A stretch of DNA of 64,000 nt from an uncultured delta proteobacterium (GTDB lineage: Bacteria; Myxococcota_A; Polyangia; Polyangiales; Polyangiaceae), in contig CAVOKF010000006.1 of NCBI GenBank assembly GCA_963696385.1, positions 192,001 through 256,000 of the forward strand, read 5' to 3'. Made by a program: the position numbers and the translations under genes. Below are positions 20,765-33,413 of the stretch, piece by piece (the first letter of the stretch is position 1; every line of letters starts with the position of its first letter). The notes under the pieces are model-generated. The model was not told where the DNA came from. It worked only from the letters and a program-made list of their open reading frames with translations, and searched no databases.

Positions 20765-21814
20765 TCACCGCGGTGGTGACGGAGTTGGAGCCTGTGGTGC
20801 GCACGTCGAGACACCGGCACCGACGATGGAGTCGGGCGTGGAGGCGACCGGAACGACGGTTCCGTCGCTCGGCCGGAAGCGCGTGACGATCGTGCTGCCT
20901 GGCGGCGGATTGGTTGACGCGGTGAACGTGAAGAAGTCACCGCCCCAAAACGCAAAGGCGTAGTAGTTTCCCTGCTCAATGGGCAAGTCCGATTGCTCCA
21001 CAACCTGGGCGGTCACCTTGTCAATTTGCGCGATCGCCGACGTTGTCCCAAAGACCCCAAAAAAGGCGTACAGATTGCCGGCTCCGGTTCCCGTGAGTTC
21101 GGCGGCGGAGACGACGCCGCCACCGGCCGTTGGCGAAAACGGGCCGACGACGTGGAGCGCGAAGGTGGTGGTGTCAATCCAGGCGAGTGCGGGAGGCGTG
21201 GCGGTGCCGTCCCCCCCGCTGGCCACGAAAAGCGTTTCGTCGGTGTCGGTGGTGTCTTGGACGAAACCCATTCCGAAATTCGTGGCAAAGCCTTGCTGGT
21301 CGGCGACGAACGGCGTTGCCTTGCACGCAGCGGTCGCTGTGCTGACTTGAAAGAGCTCGCCGTCGCAGAACTCGACGTAGGCCGTTCCGGTTCGGTCCAC
21401 GGCCATCGAGAACGGTTTCGGGGCGCCGGAGTAACATTCGGTGGGTGTGCCGGTGGGGACTCCGACCGTAGGGCAGTCGATGCCCCCGATACGGGAAAAT
21501 GTCGCGCTCGGCGGGTCGAACGAGAGCAAATCGTTCGATTCACTGATGAGGTAGATGAGCGTCGAGCCAGCATCGAGGCAGATCGACAGGGGCGACGCGT
21601 CCGGCGCAACCGTCACCTCGATCGGAGGGACCGCAGCGTCCACGATCGGCGTGACGGTTAGGACCGTCCCATCAAGCGAGCCGGCGTCGATTTCGACATC
21701 GACGGAGGATGGCGCCGGAGTCACAAACTCCTCGATGGGCAGCCCGGTGCGACTGCCGCACGCCGCGAGCGCGCCCGATGACGTCAGGAGAAGGGCCCAT
21801 TCGCGTCTGCGCAT
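20765..21814 (-). CDS. hypothetical lipoprotein (myxobacterial beta-propeller-like)
   Basis: LAACGSRTGL; FSMAVDRTG, AELTGTGAG, FAFWGGDF and IVGAGVSTCAP motifs. Confidence 0.75.
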   Translation of the reverse strand: MRRREWALLLTSSGALAACGSRTGLPIEEFVTPAPSSVDVEIDAGSLDGTVLTVTPIVDAAVPPIEVTVAPDASPLSICLDAGSTLIYLISESNDLLSFDPPSATFSRIGGIDCPTVGVPTGTPTECYSGAPKPFSMAVDRTGTAYVEFCDGELFQVSTATAACKATPFVADQQGFATNFGMGFVQDTTDTDETLFVASGGDGTATPPALAWIDTTTFALHVVGPFSPTAGGGVVSAAELTGTGAGNLYAFFGVFGTTSAIAQIDKVTAQVVEQSDLPIEQGNYYAFAFWGGDFFTFTASTNPPPGSTIVTRFRPSDGTVVPVASTPDSIVGAGVSTCAPQAPTPSPPR

Positions 21815-21946
21815 GTGGCTCACGATGGCCCGAGCCGGTGGGCGCGACAAGTCTCGCTGGCCGGGCCATCGTGTGACGCGGCTCCCGCAAGCTTCCATGG
21901 TCCTCGCGAAAACGGCTGTCACTCGCCCGAGTGCTACCGTTGAGCC

Positions 21947-22519
21947 ATGGTGCGGATGGTGCGTCTCTCTCTCCTTCTCGCGACAGCGGGTCTCACCGTC
22001 GCCATCGTCGCGTTCCCTGGGAAGGCCGACGCCCTCGGACCGGTGGACGTCGAGATCGGCGCAAGGGCTGGCGTCACTGCGGGCCCGCTCGGTCCTCTCG
22101 GCTTCGGCATTGGAGGGCGCGGGGGCCTATCCATTCTGGGTCGTCTCTACGCCGGGATCGATGTCATCGACTATCTGGGCGCGACTGCCACGTGCGGAGG
22201 CTGCTCCTGGCCGGCGGGAGCGATGCCAGTCGAGCAGTGGCGGAGCGCGCTGCTCTACGGGTTCGAAGCCGGTTACAACTTCAAAGTTTCCCGAGTGACG
22301 ATTCGGCCCCAGCTCGGTTTGGGCGATCTGCGTCTATCGGCCTGGTATGGCGGTCCCACCGCCGGCGCCATCTCGAACTATTTCTATCTCGAGCCTGCCG
22401 TCGTCGGGCTCGTTTCCTTCGGAGTGCTCTTCGTCGGCGCCGACGTCGGCGCGCTTCTCCTGCTCACGGCGCCGAACTCTGCGTTGACGGTCCACGGCCA
22501 GATCGGTGTCATCTTCTGA
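21947..22519 (+). CDS. outer-membrane beta-barrel protein
   Basis: Signal peptide, amphipathic strands, C-terminal Phe (GQIGVIF). Confidence 0.75.
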   Translation: MVRMVRLSLLLATAGLTVAIVAFPGKADALGPVDVEIGARAGVTAGPLGPLGFGIGGRGGLSILGRLYAGIDVIDYLGATATCGGCSWPAGAMPVEQWRSALLYGFEAGYNFKVSRVTIRPQLGLGDLRLSAWYGGPTAGAISNYFYLEPAVVGLVSFGVLFVGADVGALLLLTAPNSALTVHGQIGVIF

Positions 22520-22955
22520 CCGCAGGCGCGCGAGTTCGTTTTTGATCGGGGGCATGCTCGACTGGCTTGTAGATCTCCAACAACACCCTCACCCGCGCGG
22601 GAAGAAGGGCTGGCTCGGCCGGATGGCGGATCACTTGCTCGAAACGTTCGGCGGATCGGTCTTCGAGGGGGCGGAGTTGCAGGAGCGGCGCCGATCAGGT
22701 CGGGCCGCCGTTCGCGCACTCGGGGCAGAACCACTTGCCGCTCCCGTAGGTCGTCTGGTCGTTGCGGCCGTGGGATCGCCTCGACTGGTCGATGTCTTAG
22801 TGCCAGCCGGCCTTTTCGAACGCACGCACGGCGCGGAGCCATACGTCGAGGTCGGTCTCTCTCTTCGGGCACACCTCCGCGTCCTTGCCGCAGCGCGAAC
22901 AGACGATCCGGTAGTGGGTCGCGGGCCTGGTGGTCATCGGCACGACGGGCGTCCC

Positions 22956-23141
22956 TCACGACGGTTCGGGCGGCCAGACGATCGCGACGACGTGCTCGCC
23001 CTTCGGGTTCGTCCGGTACACGACCCGGTAGCCCGCCGGCGCTCCGTTCTTGGCGAGGGCTTCGGCGACCGCCGAGAGCACTTTCACGCCGCTGCCGGGC
23101 TGGTCTTTGACGCGGGGTTGCTCAGGGGTCCCTGCTTCCAT
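22956..23141 (-). CDS. small hypothetical protein
   Basis: GGAGG RBS before MEAGTP; about 61 aa. Confidence 0.4.
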   Translation of the reverse strand: MEAGTPEQPRVKDQPGSGVKVLSAVAEALAKNGAPAGYRVVYRTNPKGEHVVAIVWPPEPS

Positions 23142-23478
23142 GCCTCCGCGATATCTGACCGTCGGTTCAGTGTCAACGCGAGCGTTTTCCAGGCGTTTTC
23201 CAGGCGTTTGCCAGCGGGCCCGCTTGCTCTGACTCCAATGGCCGCGGTTGCTCATCGCTTCCGGGAGGTAACCGGACGAATTGCTCGTCGAAGTGACAGC
23301 CTTGGTCACGGCCGGCTTGGATGCCAGCGCTGGAGCGCGCGACGCGGGTGTCCGTCTTCACGATCCGGCGGTTTGTCCACGCCGACAGTCGGCCACCGAT
23401 CGGAGGCGGTCGCGCGCTCGAGCCTGCGCTGCGAGCGAAGGTGGCGGATTTATCTCCCCCCGTTTTTTTCAGCAGCTG

Positions 23479-24417
<939 letters not shown>

Positions 24418-24496
24418 CGTGCGCTGGAGTCTACGATGCCCCGAGTGCGGACCAAGTTGCACTCGGGGCGGTCGTACGCTCCCGGGTCCAGGCGGC

Positions 24497-24790
24497 ATGA
24501 AGCTCGTCGACTGCACCCTCGCGCAGCATGGAGCTGCCATCGTCGGCAATCTCAACGAGGTCATCGAGAACAGCACGGTCGTCTACGACTACGTCCCGCG
24601 GTCGCCTGCGACGATGGAGCCCTGGTTCGCGACCAAGACCGCGTCGCGCTTCCCGGTCATCGGTGCCGAAGACGGCGACGGGACCCTCCTCGGCTTTGCG
24701 ACGTACGGGTCGTTCCGCGCCTGGCCCGCGTACAAGTACACGGTCGAGAATTCGGTCTATCTTCGCCCGGAAGCACGCGGTCGCGACGCA
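24497..24790 (+). pseudogene. GNAT N-acetyltransferase (YncA/Pat-like), truncated
   Basis: LGFATYGSFRAWPAYKYTVENSVYLRPEARGR, then loss of similarity. Confidence 0.75.
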
Positions 24791-24849
24791 CGTGGATTCG
24801 TCAAGACCATCAGTCGGCAACCGCGGCGTCCGGCGACGAACCGCCCCAG

Positions 24850-25264
24850 AAGCCGCGGCGTCCTTCCTCACGAGGAGCGCGGCGCCCTTGACCGAGGAAA
24901 ACCTCTTTTCCCCACGTAACATCGACGACGGTGAGGGTCCCCCGGTACGCTCACGCCCATCTCGAGCGAGGTCGCCGAGGCGGGCTCGGGTGCTGCGAGC
25001 TCGATCGCCAGCGCAAGGGCGGTCGTCGGGCGTTCCTTCAGGGACACGCGGTCGGAAAGACGAGCGATGGCCGTTGCGAAACGCTCGGCGGTAACGCGGC
25101 ATCTTCCAATTGCTGTCCCGTGCGGGCAAAACCTCGTAGATCACGCTAGCGGGCGGCGGCTTGGCCTCCTGGAGGAGCGCGATATCGAGAGAGGCGTCGC
25201 GCGCAAGCTCGCGCCATGGCTCATCGAGCTGATGAATGTTCCAGGAGACGAGATGAAGAGTCAC
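24850..25264 (-). pseudogene. endonuclease/exonuclease/phosphatase N-terminal fragment
   Basis: LVSWNI..DIALLQEA motifs, then frameshift. Confidence 0.6.
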
Positions 25265-25340
25265 GCCAACCAGCGAGAGTACGCTACGAGCGAGCAAATC
25301 GCCTCAACCGCCGACGCAAATGCCGGCAGGCACGAGCCTC

Positions 25341-26339
25341 TCAGCGCGTGACTTTCCGAGTTGGGCGACGCCGCATCCTACGCAGACCTCCGGCCGCCGA
25401 GGCCAAACCAAGCACGGCCAAAGTGGGCGAGCACGCGCCCGTCGGGCGAGGCATTCCGATCGCGCACCCACCACTCGAGCTGGACGGCGGTGCGGCCGCG
25501 GGCGAACTGACGCTGCCCGAGCCGGTCCCATTGACGGCCTGCCCCGACATTGCGGGTGTTGGACCGGGGTTTTCGACTCCGGAACCTCCGCCGGCGGGGA
25601 CGCTACCGCCGGGGAATTCGCCCGAACACCCCAGGGTTCCGCCGATCGCGAATGCGCCTTGAAACGCGAGATCCGAATTTGGTGGCGTGCAGGACATCGT
25701 GCTGCATGTGGCCGTCACCACTCCGTTGCCGTCTGGAGGGCACAGGCAGCTCCAGTTCGGAAGACAATCCGATGCCGTTTTGCACGCCGGCATCTGATTT
25801 TGCTGACACGCGCCCGCAATCCCCCAACATAGGCAGGTACTGCCCGCCTCGCAGAGCGATGGGGAAGACGGACATTCAGCCTGGTTTGCGTTGGTGCAAG
25901 GCGGCTGTGGGGGCTGCGCCGACGCGCAAGGTACGCTCACCGCTCCGGCGTCGGCGGGCACGTCCGTGTCCGTGCCGGAGCAATCGCAAGCTTCACTGGC
26001 CACGACGCACTGAAAGCCGTTGCCGCAATCGCTGTCGACGGCGCAGGGCGCTTGCCATTGAGGTACGCAGGCATTTCCGGGGATGAGTGATGCGTCAGGA
26101 CCCGGTACGCACTGAATATTTAGAAAACAGGCGAAGCCAGCGGCGCAGTCGGAGTTGCTCTGGCATCCTTCTGGTGTGCAGGTCTGGCCTCCGTCTTCAG
26201 CGGCGCCCGTACACTGAAACCCGAGCGGACAGTCCGCGTCCGTGACGCAAGGGCTGGCACCGGCACCGCGCGCCGACGCGATTGCGATGCCAAACAGCAT
26301 GGCCGCAACAACTCGGACGGGCGGCAAATTAAGGCGCAT
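25341..26339 (-). CDS. Cys-rich secreted protein with MYXO-CTERM-like sorting tail
   Basis: Signal peptide; CxxDxDC repeats; SSSSGGCA + hydrophobic stretch + RRMRRR. Confidence 0.8.
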   Translation of the reverse strand: MRLNLPPVRVVAAMLFGIAIASARGAGASPCVTDADCPLGFQCTGAAEDGGQTCTPEGCQSNSDCAAGFACFLNIQCVPGPDASLIPGNACVPQWQAPCAVDSDCGNGFQCVVASEACDCSGTDTDVPADAGAVSVPCASAQPPQPPCTNANQAECPSSPSLCEAGSTCLCWGIAGACQQNQMPACKTASDCLPNWSCLCPPDGNGVVTATCSTMSCTPPNSDLAFQGAFAIGGTLGCSGEFPGGSVPAGGGSGVENPGPTPAMSGQAVNGTGSGSVSSPAAAPPSSSSGGCAIGMPRPTGACSPTLAVLGLASAAGGLRRMRRRPTRKVTR

Positions 26340-26967
26340 GGGCTGCGATTCCGGTTACGAAGTCTGCGCTGTCGAGCAACAAGTGTACCTCACGACGGGG
26401 GCCATGGCCGGCCACTTCGGTTCGGGGCTGGTCGGCGACGCCTTGTGCGGCCAATTTGGCGGGGCCAAATAGCGGGGCCGGAGCGCGAGCGGGTGGGGGC
26501 GTCAGATCGTGACCGGTGGCTCGCCGAAGCGCAGACGCTCGAAGTCATCCCGAAGAGCCGGCTCTAATCCCCGAAGACCACGCGCCGAGCCTCGAATGTC
26601 ATCGGCTGACACGACAAGGATATGGATCCCGTGCGGCAAGAAATGTCTACGTTCAAGCTTAGCATCACGTAGAGCTTTCGAGCGTCGGGCCGCGCCAGAG
26701 ATACCCTCCTGGGTCGCGAGGATCCCAAGCTTCACCCCCTGAGGTGGACCCCTTCGTTCGGACCAAACTGGTCGGCAGTTAAGGTAGGGCCTGCTCTCGT
26801 TCTTTCTCTCGCTCGTGGGATATCTAAAGTCAAGTCGTAGTTGTTCTCGTCGTGAATTTCGTATCGGTCGTCCACATAGACTTCCACGTGTCTGGTGGCA
26901 ATTGAGGGGGGGGCGGGGGGGAGACTGGCAAGTTGTGAGCGACCCTGTGGACGACGGTGGAAAGAAT

Positions 26968-27810
26968 TCACGCAGCCTTGCCCGACCACAGTGCGTCGAA
27001 GAATGCCCTGGGTGTTTGGTAGCCGAGCGCTTGGTGCGGGCGGCTTTCGTTGTAGAACGTCATGTAGCGACCGATCCCGGCGCGCGCCTCGCGCACGTCT
27101 TCGTAGGCATGCAGGTACACCTCCTCGTATTTGACCGATCGCCAAAGCCGCTCGACGAACACGTTGTCGATGCAGCGGCCCTTGCCGTCCATGCTTATGC
27201 GAATGCCGCGTCGCCGAAGCACCTTCGTAAATGCGTCGGACGTGAATTGCGCGCCTTGGTCGGTATTGAAGATCTCGGGCGCACCGAAGTGGGCAAGTGC
27301 CTGCTCCAGGGCGTCCACGCAGAAGCCGGGATCGAGCGTGTTCGACAGGCGCCAGGCGAGAACCCGCCGCGAGTACCAGTCCAGGATCGCGACGAGGTAC
27401 ACGAAGCCGTGCGCCAGCGGCACGTACGTGATGTCGCTTGCCCACACCTGATTGATGCGGCTGATCTCGAGGCCGCGAAGGAGGTAAGGATAGATCGCGT
27501 GCTCTTGACTCGGCCGACTCGTGCGCGCCCGAGGAGCCATGGCCTCCAGCCCCATGACCCGCATCAGTCGCTGGATATGTTTTCGATTCACTTCGTGGCC
27601 TTCGCCTCGCAACGCGATTGCGAGCTTGCGGCTCCCGTAAAACGGAAACCGCAGATGGAGCTCGTCGATCCGTCGCATCAGCGCAAGCTCCTCGGGCTCG
27701 GTTGGCTCGGGCACGTAGTACAGGCCCGAGCGCGATACGCGCAAAAGCTCGCATTGTCGGCGGACCGAAACCTTGCTGTCCGGGGCCACCATCGCGCGTC
27801 GGTCCTTCAC
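26968..27810 (-). CDS. IS3 transposase OrfB (DDE integrase core)
   Basis: [15 protein letters not shown] and [15 protein letters not shown] motifs. Confidence 0.95.
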   Translation of the reverse strand: MKDRRAMVAPDSKVSVRRQCELLRVSRSGLYYVPEPTEPEELALMRRIDELHLRFPFYGSRKLAIALRGEGHEVNRKHIQRLMRVMGLEAMAPRARTSRPSQEHAIYPYLLRGLEISRINQVWASDITYVPLAHGFVYLVAILDWYSRRVLAWRLSNTLDPGFCVDALEQALAHFGAPEIFNTDQGAQFTSDAFTKVLRRRGIRISMDGKGRCIDNVFVERLWRSVKYEEVYLHAYEDVREARAGIGRYMTFYNESRPHQALGYQTPRAFFDALWSGKAA

Positions 27811-28100
27811 CGCAGCCGCCCGAGCCCGCGCGATAAAAAATCGCGTTCAACCGTGAGCTCGCCAATCTTCTTGAGTAGCTCCGCCTCGCGCTCGCGCTCC
27901 TCGCCACCATCGCTCCTGGCCCCCTCGGATTGGAATACGCGTGCTGCGTTTTCCACGAACGTCTTCTTCCACTTGAAGATCTGCGTCGGGTGAATCCCGT
28001 ATCGACGCGCCAGCTCCGGGACCGTGGCCTCCTCCCGAATCGCCGCAAGCGCAACCTTCGCCTTGAATTCTGCCGTGTGCTTCGTGCGTGTATTTTTCAT
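27807..28100 (-). CDS. IS3 transposase OrfA (HTH)
   Basis: [40 protein letters not shown]. Confidence 0.95.
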   Translation of the reverse strand: MKNTRTKHTAEFKAKVALAAIREEATVPELARRYGIHPTQIFKWKKTFVENAARVFQSEGARSDGGEEREREAELLKKIGELTVERDFLSRGLGRLR

Positions 28101-28508
28101 TGATCCTGCTCCTCGTCATCGGGGAGCAGGCCCGTCTTTACTACCTTAAGGGGTGGTCCGAAATTTGGGGTCCACTTCACCCAGCGTGACGCATCAAGCA
28201 CCCACGTCCCAGATGACGGGCACCCCAACATGGTCCGTGTACTTGCATTCAACGAGCGCATATCCCTCCGGGAAGAACGCGTTTTCGAAGACCGTACGAG
28301 ACGAGAAGGTCGGTCAGCGACGCGGCATCCACGAGCGTGCTACGGACCTCGAAGCCGGGCGTCGCGTCGAGCACAAAGCCCGCCGCGGCCTCGAACAGCG
28401 TCCCTACCTCGGTGTTTTTCATCTTGGCAGCGTTGGTCGCCAACTCGAGCAGGCGATCGACGAAAGTCTGTCCCCTAGCCTAGGGCACACCGCCCATCTT
28501 GACCTCGA

Positions 28509-28769
28509 TCACACGCGAACGGCCTTCGATCCGGTGGGTGGCTTCGGCTTCTGCACGAGCCGACCAGGCACGCCCTTCGGCGGGATCTCGCCACGGGCAG
28601 TCGTCATGTCGCCAGTGTCGACCGTCACGTCTTCGTCCTTGTCGTTCGTGTAGCGCAACTCGAACTCGTTCCAGTCGGGGATGTCGCCGCCTTCGGGCAG
28701 CTCGATGACGATAGTCTTGTGGGTCTTGTTCGGCGTGCACCAGAGGTACTCCTTCGGAGCGGTTCCCAT
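28509..28769 (-). CDS. hypothetical protein (86 aa)
   Basis: ORF co-oriented downstream of the HEPN gene. Confidence 0.45.
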   Translation of the reverse strand: MGTAPKEYLWCTPNKTHKTIVIELPEGGDIPDWNEFELRYTNDKDEDVTVDTGDMTTARGEIPPKGVPGRLVQKPKPPTGSKAVRV

Positions 28770-28816
28770 CCGCGTAAGCGTCTCGCCCAAGTGTCCGCTC
28801 GTCAAGGCGCGTAGCG

Positions 28817-29953
28817 TCACGCTCCCCACCGCGATGACGACTCGTAGAACCACTCGTCGAAGGACTTCTCTTCGAGGGGCCAGTCTCGCCATATGCCGTG
28901 GGCGAAGAACGTGACCAGCACGTCTCGAAGCACCGTCAGCAGAGCAAAGCTCCGCGTGTCCTTGGGATCAAGCCCAAGAACCTTCCCCATCGCGAGCTTG
29001 AAGATGTCGGGCACGACACCCGACGTGATCGCAAGGGCGTGGCGTCGCGCCTGTTCTTCATCCAGACCCTTCAGTCGAGGGATCCTGCCCGTGTGCGTGA
29101 GCCCGTTGCGCACGGTGTTCACGAACTTCACGCGTCTGTAGACGGCGTCATGGTCCTGGCCTTCGGCGCCGCGCGGTCGAATCACGTCCAGCTCGACGAG
29201 AAGCGCGGGCAGCTTCTCGGCGAGCCCAAGAAGCCCCTCGTTGACCTTGGAGCCGAGGCGGGCCGAGAACCCTTGGCGCTCTTGCTCGGACAGGGCGACG
29301 CAACCGTTGACGGCCTCTGTGACGATTTTGAGCAGCGCCGCCTTCTTCTCGGGGTCGACGTTCGTGAGCGGTAGCTCCCAGGCGTCGAGCACGGCGTTGA
29401 GGGCGGTGTTGTAGAGCGAAGCGAAGACCTGAAGGAGATCATGGCTCGTGCCCTCGTTGTAGAGGAACAGCGCCGTCGCAAACCCCCGTTCCGCGATCAC
29501 GTTGCGGCGCGACCAGGCGATGGCCGCCGCTTCGAGGACAATCATCCTCAGGCACGCATGAGAACCCGCGGGGAGCGGCGAGAATCGGTCTAGGCTCTTC
29601 GCGGTAGAGACGCGCCGTCCCGTCAAGAAAGTGAGGATGGTGCAGAGGTCCCACGCCCCGCCGTCATCAGCCGGAGGTTTACACAGGATGCTCCGCTCGT
29701 CCGTGCCCTCATCTGGCGTGGCGATTGCCGTGACATGCCAGCCGGAACCGCTGGCCTCGCGAAACGTCGTGGTGGGCTTGCCCGTCTCAGTATCGAAGCT
29801 GTCCGTTCGACTGCCGGTGTGGGGGATTTTGCCGACCTGCGTCTCGTAGTCGTCCACAACCTTGACGACAAAGGGACCAACGCGGACATTTCCGAAGCGC
29901 TTGCCGGGATGGGTCTTGCCGAGGTCGAGGTTGTAAAGCGGAACCGGATCCAT
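28817..29953 (-). CDS. HEPN-domain protein (ApeA-like architecture)
   Basis: 378 aa; LTFLTG in the N-domain and helical C-domain with RNGLTH (RxxxxH). Confidence 0.65.
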   Translation of the reverse strand: MDPVPLYNLDLGKTHPGKRFGNVRVGPFVVKVVDDYETQVGKIPHTGSRTDSFDTETGKPTTTFREASGSGWHVTAIATPDEGTDERSILCKPPADDGGAWDLCTILTFLTGRRVSTAKSLDRFSPLPAGSHACLRMIVLEAAAIAWSRRNVIAERGFATALFLYNEGTSHDLLQVFASLYNTALNAVLDAWELPLTNVDPEKKAALLKIVTEAVNGCVALSEQERQGFSARLGSKVNEGLLGLAEKLPALLVELDVIRPRGAEGQDHDAVYRRVKFVNTVRNGLTHTGRIPRLKGLDEEQARRHALAITSGVVPDIFKLAMGKVLGLDPKDTRSFALLTVLRDVLVTFFAHGIWRDWPLEEKSFDEWFYESSSRWGA

Positions 29954-30275
29954 GCGACCGAGGCTACGCCTGTCACGGCTCCCGGTCCCGAGCTCAATGA
30001 GACCGCGATTTGCAGCAACAGCGGAGCCACTACGGGGACTATGTCGATTTTCGACGGGCTTGCCTGCCTGCCAATCGCGCCATCATCTCGTCGAGTTTGG
30101 CCGACTGTCCTTCCAAAGAGCGAGTAACCGCAAAGCGCGTTGGCCGACGAAGAGACGCCGGCTTCCGCGAGTCTTGGTGACCGATGGCCTGCGCGGCGAG
30201 GCTTACGGCCCCATCGTTTTCATCCCCCCGGGTGCTGCACGGCCTCATCCCCGAATATTTGCCGAGAACGCGCCT

Positions 30276-31292
30276 CTAGTCGTCATCGGAGCCCTGAGGG
30301 ACGGGGACGTACACCCGTCGAAGTGGGAGTAGCCCCTTGTAGCTCACGTCGAATTTCTCGTAGTGAGCGAGCACGAGGTTCACGAGTGCCTCGCCGTCGA
30401 TCAGGCGCAGGTTCGACTTGTTGCGCTCGAAGTTGCGGGCCTGGGCCGTGAAGGTGCCGAGCGTCACGAGCAGCCCGTGCTCATTGGGCCCGACCTTCCC
30501 GTAGAGCGCAGACGCTTCAGGGTCGCCGACTTCGCCCTCCGTGCTCTTGACCTGAACTTTGATAATCGGCGGCTCGAACCCCAGCTCATCGCGATGCGCG
30601 ATGATGTCCACGCCGCCGTCCGGCCCCTCGGGCGACACTCGCGTTCGGTAGCCCATTTTCTCCAGCAAGTGAGCCACGAAGTGCGCGAGCGCATGGCCCC
30701 TTCAACTTCTGGGCGAGCTTGTTTACGATGAAGTCGCGGGTCGTATCTTCGACGTCTTCGCTGACGCTTGCGACGGTCTCGTCCTCCTCGACGGGCGGCG
30801 GGTGCGGAGCTGCTCTGCCCTCGAGCATCGCGCGGAACTCCTCAGCGTAGTTCTTCACCTGGAACAAGCTCATGGCCGAGCCAATCTCGTAGAGCGCTCC
30901 TTGCGAAAACTGCGTTCGAGGCACCGACTTCAACCACTTCACCGGACGAACGTTCGGATACCCGCTCTCGAGCTGCGGGTCGTAACGGTACGAACCTTCG
31001 ACGCGACCGATGTGGATCTGGCGATCGGCCTTGGACGGGTAGACGACGACGTCGCCCGGCTCCATCTCGTGCACGAATCGGAAGAGCTGCCCTGCATTGT
31101 TCGGGACCGGCCGGGCTTTCTGTCGGGCCACGTCTTGGCAACAGCGGCCTTGAATGCCTCCCGGGACGGCTCGATCTTGCTGAGGTCCCCGAGCGCGGAC
31201 CAACCGACGGCGATGAGGTTCTTCTTCAAGAACAGGGCGTCCGCGTCGCCCGTTCGCCCCGCGTGGAGCCCCGAGATCGTCGCCTCGCTCAT
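30276..31292 (-). pseudogene. mrr: Mrr-family restriction endonuclease with two frameshifts
   Basis: IAVGW..GDLS / QLFRFVHEMEPGDVVVYP..RPVKW / MGYRTRVSPEGPDGGVDIIA..VQVKS..LRLIDG. Confidence 0.85.
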
Positions 31293-31935
31293 GCCGTCCA
31301 GAGTACGCGCCCTGGTGCGCCCGCGATACGTCCCAGCGGCTCGCCGTCAACCGCCGCGGCACCGAACCCAACCGAGAGTGCTGTCGTCGTCGTCCCAATC
31401 CGGAAGTACCTCGATGGTCGGCGACGCCGGCGAGCTCGCGCGGTGGCCGAATGCGACCCCATGGAGGCCCCCAAACGCGAGCCGGATCGATCCCGACCGT
31501 CATCCTCGAACGCGCCCAGGGTCACCCGACCCAGATGGCTTTCGCCGTGAAATCTTGTCGCGTGAGCGCGACGCCATACTGCGACCGCGTGAGCCATCGC
31601 TCCGGGGCGTCGTCGGAAAGCGCACGGAACGGGTTCATGCCTCGTGTACACGCGGGGACGGGGCCGATGAAGCACGTGAAACCGGGACACTGCCACGCCA
31701 ACCCACGTATGTGGTGCACTAGGCCACAAAGTAGCGCCACGAGCCACACGTAGCTTAGGATGCCACATTCATGGCTCTTCCTAAATCCGCTCTCGCACCG
31801 TCGCAAGGCTGAGCTTGCACGATTTTTCTGAGCCCGTCGGATTTTGTTGTTGCCCAGCTTGCCACTTCCGCCTGGTTTACTTTGTGCGCTCTTGGCGCCA
31901 ATGTCGGTTATCGATCGATCCAGCGGAGGCATGCC

Positions 31936-33334
31936 TTGAAGCGAGAGTGGTTCAGAATCGCCGCACTAGCGGTCGTAACCGGACATTTTGCGGCTCTGTC
32001 GGCTTGCGGAAGCACTTCGACAGGGCCGTCCGACGCTTCCCCCGAAAGCTCTTCAAGCTCAAGCGAACAACCATCATCGAGCTCGACGTCTTCGACCGCT
32101 TCAAGCTCGTCATCGAGTGAACTGGACGCGGGCAGGGCTGGGGAAACGGACGCATCCGACGGATTCGAGTTCAAGCTCGACGAGCAGTTCGTCGTCGAGT
32201 GACTTGGACGGTGGCAAGGATGCAAACGTGCCCGATGGAGATGCAACCGTACCGGACATAATCGAGGAGCCGGACGTCGATGTAACTGTACCGGACGTAA
32301 TCGAGGCAGATGTAATCGAACCGGATGGCGACGCGGATGCTTGCGCCAAGGATCCGTGCGGGGGCTGCACGACACCGACCGGTGGATCCACCGCGTGCGT
32401 GACTCCGCCAACGACTTGCGATTCGACCCAGGGCACGTGCGAGTCGAGCGGCCTATGTTCGTACACTCAGGTGTCGAATTGTGACGCAGGACCGGATGCC
32501 GATGCGGCTCCCACTTGTGTTTCGCCAAGCTTCTACGGGACCTGGTTGCACGTGGCCAGCGCTACATCCAGCGTTCAATTCGTCATCAACGCAGACGGCA
32601 CGTATACACTCACGGTGTTGGACACAACGTCGGCCGTGACTGCAAACGAAACGCTTGAGACGGGCACTTGGGTACAGAGTGGGGGGTACCTCATTTTTAC
32701 GCCCGTAAAGGCATCGTGTCCTGCTTCGCTTCCAATCGGGAACTCGACTTACTCATTCAACGGTACGGATCTCGTCCTGGATGATATAGTCTACGCATCA
32801 ACGGCCCCTGAGACACTGGGATCGGGCCTCACGCTTGTCGTGGGATGCACAATCGCGGGAACGTTTACCGCTTCACCCTTGGCGCCCGTTGCTACGACCG
32901 GAACACCGATCGGCACAGGGACTGTGGGGGAGCCGAGTATCTACGGCACCTGGCTCGATACGGTCACCCCCGACGGCATAACCTACAACTTGCAAACCGT
33001 ACTCAATAGCGATTGCACCTATCAACTAACGGTCTTTAACGAGACCTCAAACGCGACGGGGAACGAAACGATTGAGACGGGCACGTTCGCGTTGAATGGT
33101 GCAAATATCACATTTACGGAACTCAAGGCCACTTGCCCGGGTAACGTAACCGTGGGTACCACTGACTACTTTTTCAACGGGGACCAGCTCCTCACTGGAA
33201 CCGTGCTCTATACAACCGAGCCTACCACGGCCACATTGGGCGCTGGCCTTACGCTTGTCGTTGGGTGCTCTGTAAACAGCGGCCCGTTTACGCCCTATTC
33301 GTTGGCTCCTCTCACGGTGCCGGATGGGGGCTGA
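31936..33334 (+). pseudogene. secreted lipoprotein with two lipocalin-like repeats, frameshifted near 32150
   Basis: LSAC lipobox in one frame; two YGTWL..ETGT(W/F) repeats in the next frame. Confidence 0.65.
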
Positions 33335-33413
33335 ACGACGGCTTTCCACCACCCCGTGCACCGAGACGTAGATGAGATCAAGGATCGGGGACGGATTGTG
33401 CTTTAAGGCGTCC

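Larger units (their letters stand above)
26740..28179 (-). mobile_element. IS3-family insertion sequence, apparently intact
   Basis: TG..CA termini with inverted repeats TGAGGTGGACCCC..TTCGGACCA / TGAAGTGGACCCC..TTCGGACCA; CCC flanking duplication; orfA plus orfB. Confidence 0.93.
26502..28470 (-). pseudogene. PD-(D/E)XK restriction endonuclease-like gene interrupted by IS3
   Basis: GTLFE..TDLLV..LVECK upstream of the IS; LG|VKLGILATQEGISG..ILVVS continues on the other side. Confidence 0.6.

Noticed and set aside
28474..28484. CTAG-C-CTAG as a MITE excision footprint (also near 3327)
   Set aside because: Too short to separate from chance without an orthologous comparison
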